NCBI GenBank assembly: GCA_030916895.1
Contig: JAUPVR010000001.1
Location: 1,887-65,886 of the forward strand
Length of the DNA: 64,000 nt
Direction: 5' to 3'
Source of the DNA: Patescibacteria group bacterium
Lineage (GTDB): Bacteria; Patescibacteriota; Minisyncoccia; Phycocordibacterales; UBA5272
Shown piece after piece: positions 28,642 to 37,124 of the stretch. A program made the translations under genes and the position numbers. The notes below the pieces were generated by a model. That model had not been told where the DNA came from. It saw nothing but the letters and a program-made list of their open reading frames with translations, and did not search any database. How positions within the stretch are numbered: the first letter of the stretch is position 1; the number at the start of each line of letters is the position of its first letter.

Positions 28642-28739
28642 TTACCCTTGATCCGAGTACCATCCTAGCACGCTTGTACGCAAAGTAAATACGAAGATTT
28701 ATCGAAAACTGTGTCATGTTTATGCTATAGTAGAGCGAT

Positions 28740-30680
28740 ATGCAACGGCTTTATACGGGAACAATTAGTTTAAACTCTAAAAAAGATGGCTATGTGCGTG
28801 TGCACGACCTTGAAAAAGAAGGCTCTATTTTTGTTGACCATAGCCACTTAAACACCGCACTTCACCACGACTCAGTTGAAGTTGAATTACTCGGTAAAAA
28901 GAAAAATGTTAAAGGAGAAGATGAGCTCTACGGAAAAATTGCACGCGTGATTGAGCGAAGTAAAAAGGGATACGCTGGTATCTTGGAAGAAGATCACGGT
29001 ATGTACTTTTTGGTGCCGGATGATAGGCGGATGTATACCGATATCGTTATTGATAAGGAAAAGTTAGATGGTGGAAAAGTGGGCGACAAGATCATTGCTT
29101 CAATTGATGAATGGAACGATCACAAGAAATCACCACGTGGGGCTGTTGTTAAGGTTCTTGGTCACCCAGGAGACAATGATGCTGAAATGCTTGCGTATGC
29201 GTATGAGCGTGGTTTTAGCGATGAGCACAATGAAGCGGTCCTTGAAGAGGCACATGGAATCAAAGCGCGCGGGATACGTGAAGAAGACAAAAAAGATAGA
29301 CGCGATTTTCGTGGTGTGGGAACATTTACTATCGACCCATTTGATGCAAAAGATTTTGATGATGCTTTATCGTTTAAGAAATTAGATAACGGCCACTATG
29401 AAGTTGGTATTCATATTGCTGATGTGTCGCACTATGTTTTACCAGGAATGCATTTGGATGAGGAGGGCATCGCGCGAGAGACATCCGTGTACCTGGTGGA
29501 TAGGTGTATTCCAATGCTTCCTGAGGTGCTTTCAAATGATTTGTGTTCTTTGGTACAAGGAGAAGATCGTCTTGTTATGAGCGCAGTATTTGAATTAGAC
29601 GACGAAGGGACCATTCATGCGGAGTGGTTTGGTAAGTCTGTTATTCATTCAAACAGGCGATATACCTATGAAGATGCACAAAAGGCGATTGACACCGGAA
29701 GTGGAGATTTTGCACAAGAGCTCATTATTTTGAATAATATTGCTAAAAAGCTTACTAAAAAACGATTTGAAAATGGCGCACTTTCGCTTGAAACTGAAGA
29801 GGTTAAATTTAAATTAGATGAAAAAGGTGTTCCGGTTGATGTATATGTAAAAGAACGTATTGATACAAACAAGTTGATTGAGGAGTACATGCTCATGGCA
29901 AACAAGCAGGTGAGTAAGTTTATTACCCTCGAACAAGAAAAAGTAAAAGGCGAAGGGAAGAGTGTCTGTATTTACCGTGTACACGATAAGCCAGATACTG
30001 ATCGTATGCATGAACTCGATTTATATATTCGAGCACTTGGGTACAAGGTGCGATTTATGGACGGACTCATCCCTTCGCAAGATTTGAATGATTTGCTTAA
30101 GAAAATGGGGGATAGACCAGAGAAAGCACTTCTTCAGGTGCACATTACCCGCTCTATGGCAAAAGCAATATATAGTACAAGAAATATTGGTCACTATGGG
30201 TTGGCATTTGATTACTACTCGCACTTTACGTCGCCAATTCGCCGTTACCCAGATGTTTTAACACACCGTTTACTTGAACGAGTACTTAAAAAAGATTTTC
30301 CGAAAGATGAAGAACGAGGGTGGTATGAAAGTCTATGTGCGCAGGCGTCGCGTCGTGAGAAAGAAGCCGCGGACGCAGAACGTGGAAGTATCAAGTACAA
30401 ACAAGTTGAATACATGTCGTACCGCGTTGGACAGGAATTTGACGGTGTTGTTTCCGGTGTTTCTGAATGGGGAATCTATGTTGAAGAAAAGAAAAGTAAA
30501 TGTGAAGGCATGGTGAAGCTTCGCGATTTAGGGGAAGATTTCTTTAACTACGACCCTCGTGGTTCACGCATTATTGGTGAACGAACAGGTGTTGAATATA
30601 AAATTGGTACACCAGTAAAAATTAAGGTCAAGCAAGCTAACCTAGACCTACGAATCATCGACTATACACTCATGGCGTAG
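28740..30680 (+). CDS. rnr: ribonuclease R (RNB family)
   Basis: Cold-shock/OB N-terminal domain, RNB catalytic domain, S1 C-terminal domain. Confidence 0.85.
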   Translation: MQRLYTGTISLNSKKDGYVRVHDLEKEGSIFVDHSHLNTALHHDSVEVELLGKKKNVKGEDELYGKIARVIERSKKGYAGILEEDHGMYFLVPDDRRMYTDIVIDKEKLDGGKVGDKIIASIDEWNDHKKSPRGAVVKVLGHPGDNDAEMLAYAYERGFSDEHNEAVLEEAHGIKARGIREEDKKDRRDFRGVGTFTIDPFDAKDFDDALSFKKLDNGHYEVGIHIADVSHYVLPGMHLDEEGIARETSVYLVDRCIPMLPEVLSNDLCSLVQGEDRLVMSAVFELDDEGTIHAEWFGKSVIHSNRRYTYEDAQKAIDTGSGDFAQELIILNNIAKKLTKKRFENGALSLETEEVKFKLDEKGVPVDVYVKERIDTNKLIEEYMLMANKQVSKFITLEQEKVKGEGKSVCIYRVHDKPDTDRMHELDLYIRALGYKVRFMDGLIPSQDLNDLLKKMGDRPEKALLQVHITRSMAKAIYSTRNIGHYGLAFDYYSHFTSPIRRYPDVLTHRLLERVLKKDFPKDEERGWYESLCAQASRREKEAADAERGSIKYKQVEYMSYRVGQEFDGVVSGVSEWGIYVEEKKSKCEGMVKLRDLGEDFFNYDPRGSRIIGERTGVEYKIGTPVKIKVKQANLDLRIIDYTLMA

Positions 30681-30872
30681 CTCCTTTATTGTGTCTTTTG
30701 ATAGACATGCTACAATAACTCTCGCTTAGGTATCCGTTATATAATTCAAGTCAAGAATAGAGGGTGCCTTGGCACTGGGCCGGAGTCGCAAGACGCCGGC
30801 TCTTTTGTTTGTCTTTCCGCAAGGACGGACCCCCTTCCTTTTTTTGGAAAAGTATGTTAGAATTGGGGACAT

Positions 30873-31170
30873 GTTAAAAATCAGATTACAGCGCGTAGGA
30901 CGCAAAAATGACCCACATTTCAGACTTATTTGTACTGAAAGTACCCTTAAGCCGAAGACTTCACAATTTGCGGAGATTCTTGGTACATACAATGTGAAGG
31001 CTGGTGTTTTTAGTGCAAAAGCAGATCGTGTTAAGCACTGGATTTCTGTTGGTGCTCAAGTTACTCCAACAGTTCACAATCTCCTCGTTTCAAAAGGGGT
31101 TCTCTCTGGTAAGAAAATAAACGTTCTTCCTCGTAAGTCTCCACAGAAAAAAGTAGAAGCGAAGGCATAA
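30873..31170 (+). CDS. rpsP: 30S ribosomal protein S16
   Basis: MLKIRLQRVGRKNDPHFRLI; the ORF-track start at 30769 is a GC-rich leader extension. Confidence 0.85.
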
Positions 31171-31258
31171 TTTTTTACAAAAAGTCTGTTCCTGTGCATA
31201 AGTAGTAGGGTGCTATTCTTGATTTGCTGTTACGATAGAGTTATACAAAAATAAATAT

Positions 31259-31579
31259 ATGAAAGACCAAGAATTTGTTGAGTATGTTGTTAAGGCATTA
31301 GTAGACAATCCGGAACAGGTGAAAGTCGATCGAAGGGTAGATGAGATGGGGGTACTTATTACGCTTGACGTTGCGGGTGAAGACATGGGTAAAATTATTG
31401 GTCGCGATGGCGCAACCGCAAAAGCGCTACGCACACTTCTTCGTGTTGTTGGTATGAAAAACAATGCACGTGTTAATTTGAAAATCAATGAACCAGCAGG
31501 ACGAGAATTTCGTCCAAATCATCAAACGTATGATATGACTGACGTTGATGCGGTGATGAACGATTTGAAAGGGATTTAA
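31259..31579 (+). CDS. KH-domain RNA-binding protein (YlqC/UPF0109-like)
   Basis: GKIIGRDG KH motif; conserved position between rpsP and trmD. Confidence 0.75.
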   Translation: MKDQEFVEYVVKALVDNPEQVKVDRRVDEMGVLITLDVAGEDMGKIIGRDGATAKALRTLLRVVGMKNNARVNLKINEPAGREFRPNHQTYDMTDVDAVMNDLKGI

Positions 31580-31595
31580 ATAATTTTAGACAACA

Positions 31596-31628
31596 GAAAA
31601 GCGCGACCGCTATTACTACGGCCGCGCT
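31596..31628. terminator. bidirectional terminator
   Basis: agcgcgaccg ctattacta cggccgcgct followed by T-run. Confidence 0.6.
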
Positions 31629-31641
31629 TTTTCTTGCACGG

Positions 31642-32130
31642 CTATTTTTTCTTTTCTTCTTCTTTGGTACGTTCGTACATTTCTTTAAGTGTTTCGTGCT
31701 CGAACTCAAGCGTGTGTATTTCTAGGAATGGTCTAGCGGTGTAATAGAACCGCAATCCTTCCTTGAATAGAAATATGCAGACAAGGAGGGTTATAAATGA
31801 CGCAATCCTGAAGTCTTCCCAGAGTGCCCCCACAGCTACAAGGCCTACTACCGGGGAGGAGAGGCAAAACACTCCACCCTCTGCGATTTTTTCAGGAGCA
31901 AGAAGAAGTTGTTCAATAGTTCCCATCCTTCGTGTCAGCATTACCCAGACACGAAGTGTTGCGATGAGAATGATAATTGGTCCTGCGATGAAAACAATCG
32001 CGTATTGGAGTTCGAGCTCTTGTTTTGTTTCGGGGAAAAACGCCATGAACAAGAACAAGGGAAGAAAGACATACACCATGAGCCAAACTACAGCATCTAG
32101 GTTTGTAAGTCGAATCTGCATTTTTTTCAC
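31642..32130 (-). CDS. ICMT/PEMT-like membrane methyltransferase family protein
   Basis: 162 aa, 4 TM; C-terminal E..LE..F..E..Y..R pattern resembles the isoprenylcysteine carboxyl methyltransferase family. Confidence 0.4.
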   Translation of the reverse strand: MKKMQIRLTNLDAVVWLMVYVFLPLFLFMAFFPETKQELELQYAIVFIAGPIIILIATLRVWVMLTRRMGTIEQLLLAPEKIAEGGVFCLSSPVVGLVAVGALWEDFRIASFITLLVCIFLFKEGLRFYYTARPFLEIHTLEFEHETLKEMYERTKEEEKKK

Positions 32131-32197
32131 AAAAATTCTCCATGTCTTTTGGGAGTCCGTTTTACACTCTACGTTTCATTTGCTAGTATGTCAAATA

Positions 32198-32869
32198 ATG
32201 CGCTTTCATGTGGTAACCATCTTTCCAAATATGTTCGATTCGTATTTTGCCGAGTCGATTATTTCGCGCGCCATCAAGAATAAGTTGATTGAAATCAAAA
32301 CATACTCACTCCGCGAGTATACGAAAGACAAACACCGACGCGTTGATGGTAAGCCCTACGGTGGAGGACCAGGGATGGTGATGTGGGTAGAACCGCTTAT
32401 CAGCGTCGTTGATTCAATTGAAAAAAAACTTGCCCGTAAAAAAGGGTCAAAACCAAAAGTAGTTATTTTTTCTCCAGGAGGAAAACAATTTACGAATACA
32501 ATTGCAGAACAAACAGAAGAAAAATATACGGACATTGTTTTCATATGCGGTCGCTATGAAGGAATTGATGCACGCGTGAAAAAAATTTTGAAAGCCGAAG
32601 AGTGGAGCATTGGTCCATATGTATTAACGGGAGGGGAGTTGCCTGCGATGATTGCAATTGATGCGATTGCGCGTCGTGTGAAGGGCGTACTTCACGATGA
32701 AGATTCGCTTGAGGAAAAGCGTGTAGCAAGTCACGAAATGTATGCGCGTCCAGAGGTGTATGAATACAAAGGGAAAAAGTATCGCGTACCGAAAGTGCTA
32801 CTGTCTGGCAATCACAAACTCATTGAAGAATATCGAAAGAAAAAAGAAAATATTGTCGGTAAGAAGTAG
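32198..32869 (+). CDS. trmD: tRNA (guanine37-N1)-methyltransferase
   Basis: MRFHVVTIFPNMF... SPOUT family; the ORF-track start at 31763 is spurious. Confidence 0.9.
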   Translation: MRFHVVTIFPNMFDSYFAESIISRAIKNKLIEIKTYSLREYTKDKHRRVDGKPYGGGPGMVMWVEPLISVVDSIEKKLARKKGSKPKVVIFSPGGKQFTNTIAEQTEEKYTDIVFICGRYEGIDARVKKILKAEEWSIGPYVLTGGELPAMIAIDAIARRVKGVLHDEDSLEEKRVASHEMYARPEVYEYKGKKYRVPKVLLSGNHKLIEEYRKKKENIVGKK

Positions 32870-32871
32870 GT

Positions 32872-33084
32872 ATGTACATCAAAATTAAAGTTATACCTGA
32901 TGCGCGGGAGGAAAAAATAGAACAACTAAAAGACGATGAATTTCGTATTTGGGTAAAACTCCCCGCAGAAAATAATGTTGCGAACAATAGAGTTTTAGAA
33001 ATTGTTCGTAAGATATATCCAAACAAAGGAGTGCGCATTATAAGTGGGCATCATAGTCCTTCGAAAATAATTTCTATTGGCTAG
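32872..33084 (+). CDS. DUF167/YggU-like small protein
   Basis: 70 aa with IKVIP...RIW..L.E.G.AN..L motif pattern. Confidence 0.5.
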   Translation: MYIKIKVIPDAREEKIEQLKDDEFRIWVKLPAENNVANNRVLEIVRKIYPNKGVRIISGHHSPSKIISIG

Positions 33085-33132
33085 CAAGAGGCTTCATTTT
33101 TTGCTATAATTTGCATTATCTTTTTTAGATAA

Positions 33133-33207
33133 GCCAATGTAGCTCAGTTGGTAGAGCGCGTCCATGGTAAGGACGAGGTCATCGGTTCAATCCCGATCAT
33201 TGGCTCA
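33133..33207 (+). tRNA. tRNA-Thr (anticodon GGT)
   Basis: Acceptor gccaatg/cattggc, anticodon loop atGGTaa, T-loop ttcaatc. Confidence 0.85.
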
Positions 33208-33258
33208 GAAAAATAAAACAACCCGCCAAGCGGGGTTTTATTTTTCTGAGCCAATGAT
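33196..33258. repeat. about 23-bp inverted repeat including the tRNA-Thr 3' end, enclosing the terminator hairpin
   Basis: atcattggctcagaaaaataaaa ... ttttatttttctgagccaatgat around aacccgc-caa-gcggggtt. Confidence 0.7.
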
Positions 33259-33358
33259 TTCGAAGAGGGTCGGAGAAATGATAGTTTCTCCGCGGAGGAG
33301 AGCAGGGCTTTGCCCGTTGAGAACCGTGGGTTCTCAAAACCGGAGCGAAGCGGAGGTT

Positions 33359-33371
33359 ATCATTGGCTCAG
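33359..33371 (+). repeat. direct copy of the tRNA-Thr 3' end (atcattggctcag)
   Basis: Exact 13-nt repeat of 33196-33208; about 100 nt of hairpin-rich sequence lies between the copies. Confidence 0.65.
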
Positions 33372-33397
33372 TTGACATCCAAAGAAAAAAGTCCCCA

Positions 33398-34087
33398 CTA
33401 CGCAAGCGAGGACTGTTCATTTTTTTCTGATTCGTACAGGGGTCGTGTTTTGAAAATCGTTGAGTCCCAGAAAGAGATTAGATTCCTCAAGTACTCTGGA
33501 AGTTCTTCTTGGCGTACATCGTCGCCGTTGTAGAGACAAAAGTCCGAACGGGCACGTTTCTCATCTACCGACAATTGTGCATCTAGAAGGCCCTGGATTT
33601 CATATCGCGAAAGCGGGTCGTTTCCGTTACGGGAATTATTGAGGAGTCGTTCGACTGTTGTTTCCCGCTTGCACCAGATGCATACCACATGTTTAAACCT
33701 ACCATCGTTCCAACCTGCTTCGTGGAGGATGGCGCTCTCGACGTAAATAAAGCCGTCGTAGTTATTGGTACGCTTCATTATTTCCGACCAAACGATATCA
33801 GCCGTGAATTTCCAGAAGCGCTTCCTCACACTTTCGTCATGGATGATGATGTGGCGAATCATCTTGGTGTTATAGTTGACTTTTCCGCTTGCGGGGTCAT
33901 GTGTGAAGATGTCCGTACCAAGCAGTTCTGCTAGTTTATCGTCATATTTCCCACCGCTCTGATAGAGAAGTTCCTTGGCGATGTCGTCTGCGCGGAACAC
34001 TTTCCTGCCCCATGATTCGACGATTTGGATAAATGTGCTTTTACCGCAACCTAAGGGTCCAGTGAATCCGATAAAGGTTGTGCTCAT
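33398..34087 (-). CDS. coaE: dephospho-CoA kinase
   Basis: IGFTGPLGCGKST P-loop at the N-terminus. Confidence 0.8.
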   Translation of the reverse strand: MSTTFIGFTGPLGCGKSTFIQIVESWGRKVFRADDIAKELLYQSGGKYDDKLAELLGTDIFTHDPASGKVNYNTKMIRHIIIHDESVRKRFWKFTADIVWSEIMKRTNNYDGFIYVESAILHEAGWNDGRFKHVVCIWCKRETTVERLLNNSRNGNDPLSRYEIQGLLDAQLSVDEKRARSDFCLYNGDDVRQEELPEYLRNLISFWDSTIFKTRPLYESEKNEQSSLA

Positions 34088-34189
34088 TGCCGTGACCTTT
34101 CTGTAGTTAAATGTTCAATTAATCCCATACTATAGAAAAATAAATCATTGTCAAACAAGCATTTTTTTTGTAAAATAAGGCTTCAATAA

Positions 34190-34265
34190 GCCACCTTAGC
34201 TCAGTTGGTAGAGCATTTCACTCGTAACGAAAAGGTCTGCAGTTCGATTCTGCAAGGTGGCTCCA
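34190..34265 (+). tRNA. tRNA-Thr (anticodon CGT), CCA encoded
   Basis: Acceptor gccacct/aggtggc, anticodon loop ctCGTaa, T-loop ttcgatt, 3' tcca. Confidence 0.8.
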
Positions 34266-34285
34266 AGAATGGTATAATCGTGTTC

Positions 34286-34933
34286 ATGATAAAAGCAGTC
34301 ATTTTTGACATGGATGGCCTTATGTTTGATACCGAAAGTGTATTTACTGATGTTCAAACAAAAATGTTTGCCGATAGAGGTTTTGTGTTTTCTTTAGACA
34401 TAAAATCAAAGTTGATGGGCAAGAAGTCGACAGAAATAGTTCCGACTATAAATGAAATTTTGGGTACATCTTTTGACCCGGAGGGGTGGATGAAGGAACA
34501 AGATGAACAAATCATTAAGGCTTGCAAGACACAGGTTGTTCCTTTTCCGGGGTTATTTGAATTACTTGATGTACTTGATGAAAAGGGTGTTAAAAAAGCA
34601 ATTGGCACTTCTGCGCGAGAAGGAAGGGTAAATCTTTTGCTTGAAAAGTTTAATGTTAGACATAGGTTTGATGTTATAGTAACAGGCGACATGATAGCAA
34701 AAGGTAAACCAGACCCAGAGATTTATCTAAAAGTGTTAGAAAACCTCGGTGTAAATGGAAATGAAACGATTGTTCTTGAAGATGCCCAAAATGGTATAAC
34801 ATCAGCATATCGTGCTGGATGTCTTCCAATAGCTATTCCGAATGAATATACAAGACATAATCCGTTTTTAGAAGCTGTCTTAGTGGCGGACTCATTTATG
34901 GATGAGCGGTTATTAAAAATGATTACTGCTTAA
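34286..34933 (+). CDS. HAD-family hydrolase (beta-phosphoglucomutase-like)
   Basis: VIFDMDG motif I; start taken at MIKAVIFDMDG, since the ORF-track start overlaps the tRNA. Confidence 0.75.
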   Translation: MIKAVIFDMDGLMFDTESVFTDVQTKMFADRGFVFSLDIKSKLMGKKSTEIVPTINEILGTSFDPEGWMKEQDEQIIKACKTQVVPFPGLFELLDVLDEKGVKKAIGTSAREGRVNLLLEKFNVRHRFDVIVTGDMIAKGKPDPEIYLKVLENLGVNGNETIVLEDAQNGITSAYRAGCLPIAIPNEYTRHNPFLEAVLVADSFMDERLLKMITA

Positions 34934-34936
34934 AAT

Positions 34937-35821
34937 ATGGACGAATCATTTACATCAATCGATGAAGAAATTGCACACCTTGAAAACGAGATGACTGCGG
35001 TTGAATTTTGGAATGATAAAGTACGCGCACAAAACATTATTAAGAGAATTCAGGAATTAAAGGATAAGAAGGAGGGAGTAAATGCGCTCGATAAGGGGGG
35101 GTGTGTTTTAAGTATCTTAGCAGGGGCAGGGGGAGATGATTCTGAAGATTGGGCAAAGATGCTTTTTGAAATGTACGATGCATACTGCAAAAGAAAAGGA
35201 TACATGTACAGCGTGCTTCATGAAAATAAAAATGACCATGGTGGGTACAGAAACCTCACGCTTGAATTACAGGGAAAAAATATTTATGGAAACTTAAAAC
35301 ATGAATCAGGTGTTCATCGCCTTGTACGTATTTCACCATTTAATGCGCAAGCAAAACGCCACACTTCGTTTGCGCTCGTTGAAGTGCTTCCTGTTTTGCC
35401 TGTTGTTGAAAGAAAGCCACTTCCTCAAGATGAACTTCGTATTGAAACATCTCGTGCTGGAGGACCGGGTGGACAAAATGTAAACAAGCGCGAAACGGCG
35501 GTGCGTATCATACACATTCCAACAAATATTTCTGTCCATGTTGTAACTGAGCGAAGCCAAGAACAGAATAGACAAAAAGCACTCGAGATTTTGGTAGCGA
35601 AACTATACAAGAAAGAAGAAGCAGAACGAAAAGCGGAAGCTGAAGGAATGAAAATTTCAAAGACAACAGATATTGAGTGGGGGAATCAAATCCGTTCATA
35701 CGTACTTCATCCATATAAAATGGTGAAGGATCATAGAACTGATATGGAAACGAGCAACGTTGAGGCAGTGCTTGAACGGGGAGAAATTGATAGTTTTCTT
35801 GATGCAGAAAAAAACCTTTAA
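34937..35821 (+). CDS. prfB: peptide chain release factor 2 (short form, no frameshift site)
   Basis: SPF and GGQ motifs; 294 aa contiguous ORF. Confidence 0.8.
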   Translation: MDESFTSIDEEIAHLENEMTAVEFWNDKVRAQNIIKRIQELKDKKEGVNALDKGGCVLSILAGAGGDDSEDWAKMLFEMYDAYCKRKGYMYSVLHENKNDHGGYRNLTLELQGKNIYGNLKHESGVHRLVRISPFNAQAKRHTSFALVEVLPVLPVVERKPLPQDELRIETSRAGGPGGQNVNKRETAVRIIHIPTNISVHVVTERSQEQNRQKALEILVAKLYKKEEAERKAEAEGMKISKTTDIEWGNQIRSYVLHPYKMVKDHRTDMETSNVEAVLERGEIDSFLDAEKNL

Positions 35822-35921
35822 AGTTGCCAATTTTCTTTTCTAGGAGTAGGATTGGAATTGGATATAGGTGAATTGTCCTCCCCCCTTTACGAAGTAGCCA
35901 TGCTATATAGAAAGAAGCCAG

Positions 35922-36338
35922 ATGACAAAGACCGTAATAGAAATGCTGGAAGGAAGACGCCTCGTCCCAGTTGGAAGCATTAACTTTGACTGTGCGGACA
36001 GTGCCTTCAGCAGGTTCTTTGCACGACGGGTGGATGCGGATTTCGGGGGTGATATCGACCTCCGCGTGGGTCGCATCATCAAGCACGTCGATTACCCGCT
36101 CGGGCTCTCTTATCGGAATGCCGTCTACGAGGTGCGCGCGGATCGTATTAAGGACGGTGTTCCGACGGTAGCGCTCGTGATCATCCACAAGTGCCCGCAG
36201 TACTGCTACGAAGGATGGAAGGTTTGTCGCTATACCGGATTTAAGCCGTACAAGCTGTCAGACGTTGAATCCGGCCTCGCGCCAACGCACATCTTTGCCG
36301 ACAACGAATACGAAATCGAGTGCGTGTGTAAGAGATAG
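35922..36338 (+). CDS. hypothetical Cys-rich protein in a GC-rich island
   Basis: 138 aa, GC3-biased codons, followed by terminator gccccg...cggggc + T6. Confidence 0.5.
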   Translation: MTKTVIEMLEGRRLVPVGSINFDCADSAFSRFFARRVDADFGGDIDLRVGRIIKHVDYPLGLSYRNAVYEVRADRIKDGVPTVALVIIHKCPQYCYEGWKVCRYTGFKPYKLSDVESGLAPTHIFADNEYEIECVCKR

Positions 36339-36365
36339 CCACTTCGATTTCCAGGAACAATTGAG

Positions 36366-36400
36366 CCCCGTACGCTACAAGCGCGCGGGGCGAGTTTTTT
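36366..36400 (+). terminator. intrinsic terminator
   Basis: gccccg tacgctacaagcgcg cggggc gagtttttt. Confidence 0.7.
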
Positions 36401-36439
36401 ATTCACAAATTCATTTTTATGCTGTGCTATACTACTTTT

Positions 36440-37120
36440 ATGCTTTACTTTGATAGAGTTTCCAAAGAATACGGTCAAGGCAATCGAGTACTCGATAACA
36501 TTTCCCTTACAATTCACCCAGGTGAATTGGTGTCTATTGTTGGTCACTCCGGTGCCGGTAAAACCACCCTCATCAAGCTTCTCCTTGCTGAGGAAAGACC
36601 AACAGAAGGAATTGTTTCTTTCCATTCAGATAACATTCATCGCTTGAAAGGAAAAGATATGGTGAACTACCGCAGAAAAGTTGGTGTTGTCTTTCAAGAT
36701 TTTCGTTTAATTCCAAACAAGACCGCATATGAGAATGTTGCCTTTGCAATGGAAGCTGCTGGCAAACCCGATCACGATATTCATGAAGATGTGCCTCATG
36801 TACTTGATTTAGTTGATTTGAAGGATAAGATGCACCATTTCCCACACCAGCTTTCTGGTGGAGAACAACAACGCGTTGCAATTGCACGTGCAATTGTAAA
36901 CCGCCCAGAAATTATTATTGCTGATGAGCCAACCGGGAATTTGGATCCACTTAACACTTACGACATTGTGCAAATTTTAAAAAAAATAAATGATTTAGGG
37001 ACGACGGTCATTTTGACAACGCACAACAAAGGGATTGTTGATAACTTAGGTCGTCGTGTTATTAGTATGGAAGATGGGCGCGTTATTCGCGATCAGAAAT
37101 CTGGTAAATTTACGATGTAA
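36440..37120 (+). CDS. ftsE: cell-division ABC ATPase
   Basis: Walker [10 protein letters not shown], signature LSGGEQQR; start taken at [11 protein letters not shown]. Confidence 0.85.
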   Translation: MLYFDRVSKEYGQGNRVLDNISLTIHPGELVSIVGHSGAGKTTLIKLLLAEERPTEGIVSFHSDNIHRLKGKDMVNYRRKVGVVFQDFRLIPNKTAYENVAFAMEAAGKPDHDIHEDVPHVLDLVDLKDKMHHFPHQLSGGEQQRVAIARAIVNRPEIIIADEPTGNLDPLNTYDIVQILKKINDLGTTVILTTHNKGIVDNLGRRVISMEDGRVIRDQKSGKFTM

Positions 37121-37124
37121 TTGT

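Noticed and set aside
28286-28700. RNase P RNA, tmRNA or SRP RNA identity for the GC-rich RT-upstream region and for the other GC-rich islands
   Set aside because: Hallmark motifs (GGAAAGUCCGGGC / ACAGAAnCCGGCUUA for RNase P; UUCGAC 5' end and tag ORF for tmRNA; CCGGAAGGAAGCAGC for SRP) were not found on either strand. The other islands contain clean ORFs with SD sites.
26780-28740. Group II intron hypothesis for the RT locus
   Set aside because: The RT stop is followed within about 45 nt by a terminator shared with a convergent gene. There is no room for domains V/VI, no maturase/X domain and no GUGYG...AY boundaries in sensible positions. RT motif 5 is the retron-like YTRYVDDLVFS.
26780-28740. 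Diversity-generating retroelement (DGR) hypothesis
   Set aside because: Motif 4 has the SP form (IGGPMSP), not the DGR-typical SQ form. No roughly 100-bp TR/VR near-repeat could be found by eye between the RT-upstream region and any nearby gene, and no Avd-like gene is present. Needs a computational repeat search to fully exclude.
31909-32143. Short ORFs on both strands in the trmD upstream region and many 60-110 aa ORFs nested in or antisense to conserved genes
   Set aside because: They lie within or antisense to well-supported genes and lack translation signals.
35508-36188. 226-aa minus-strand ORF antisense to prfB and the GC-rich island
   Set aside because: It runs antisense across the conserved prfB C-terminus and the GC-rich plus-strand gene, with low-complexity composition. 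Typical GC-rich antisense artefact.
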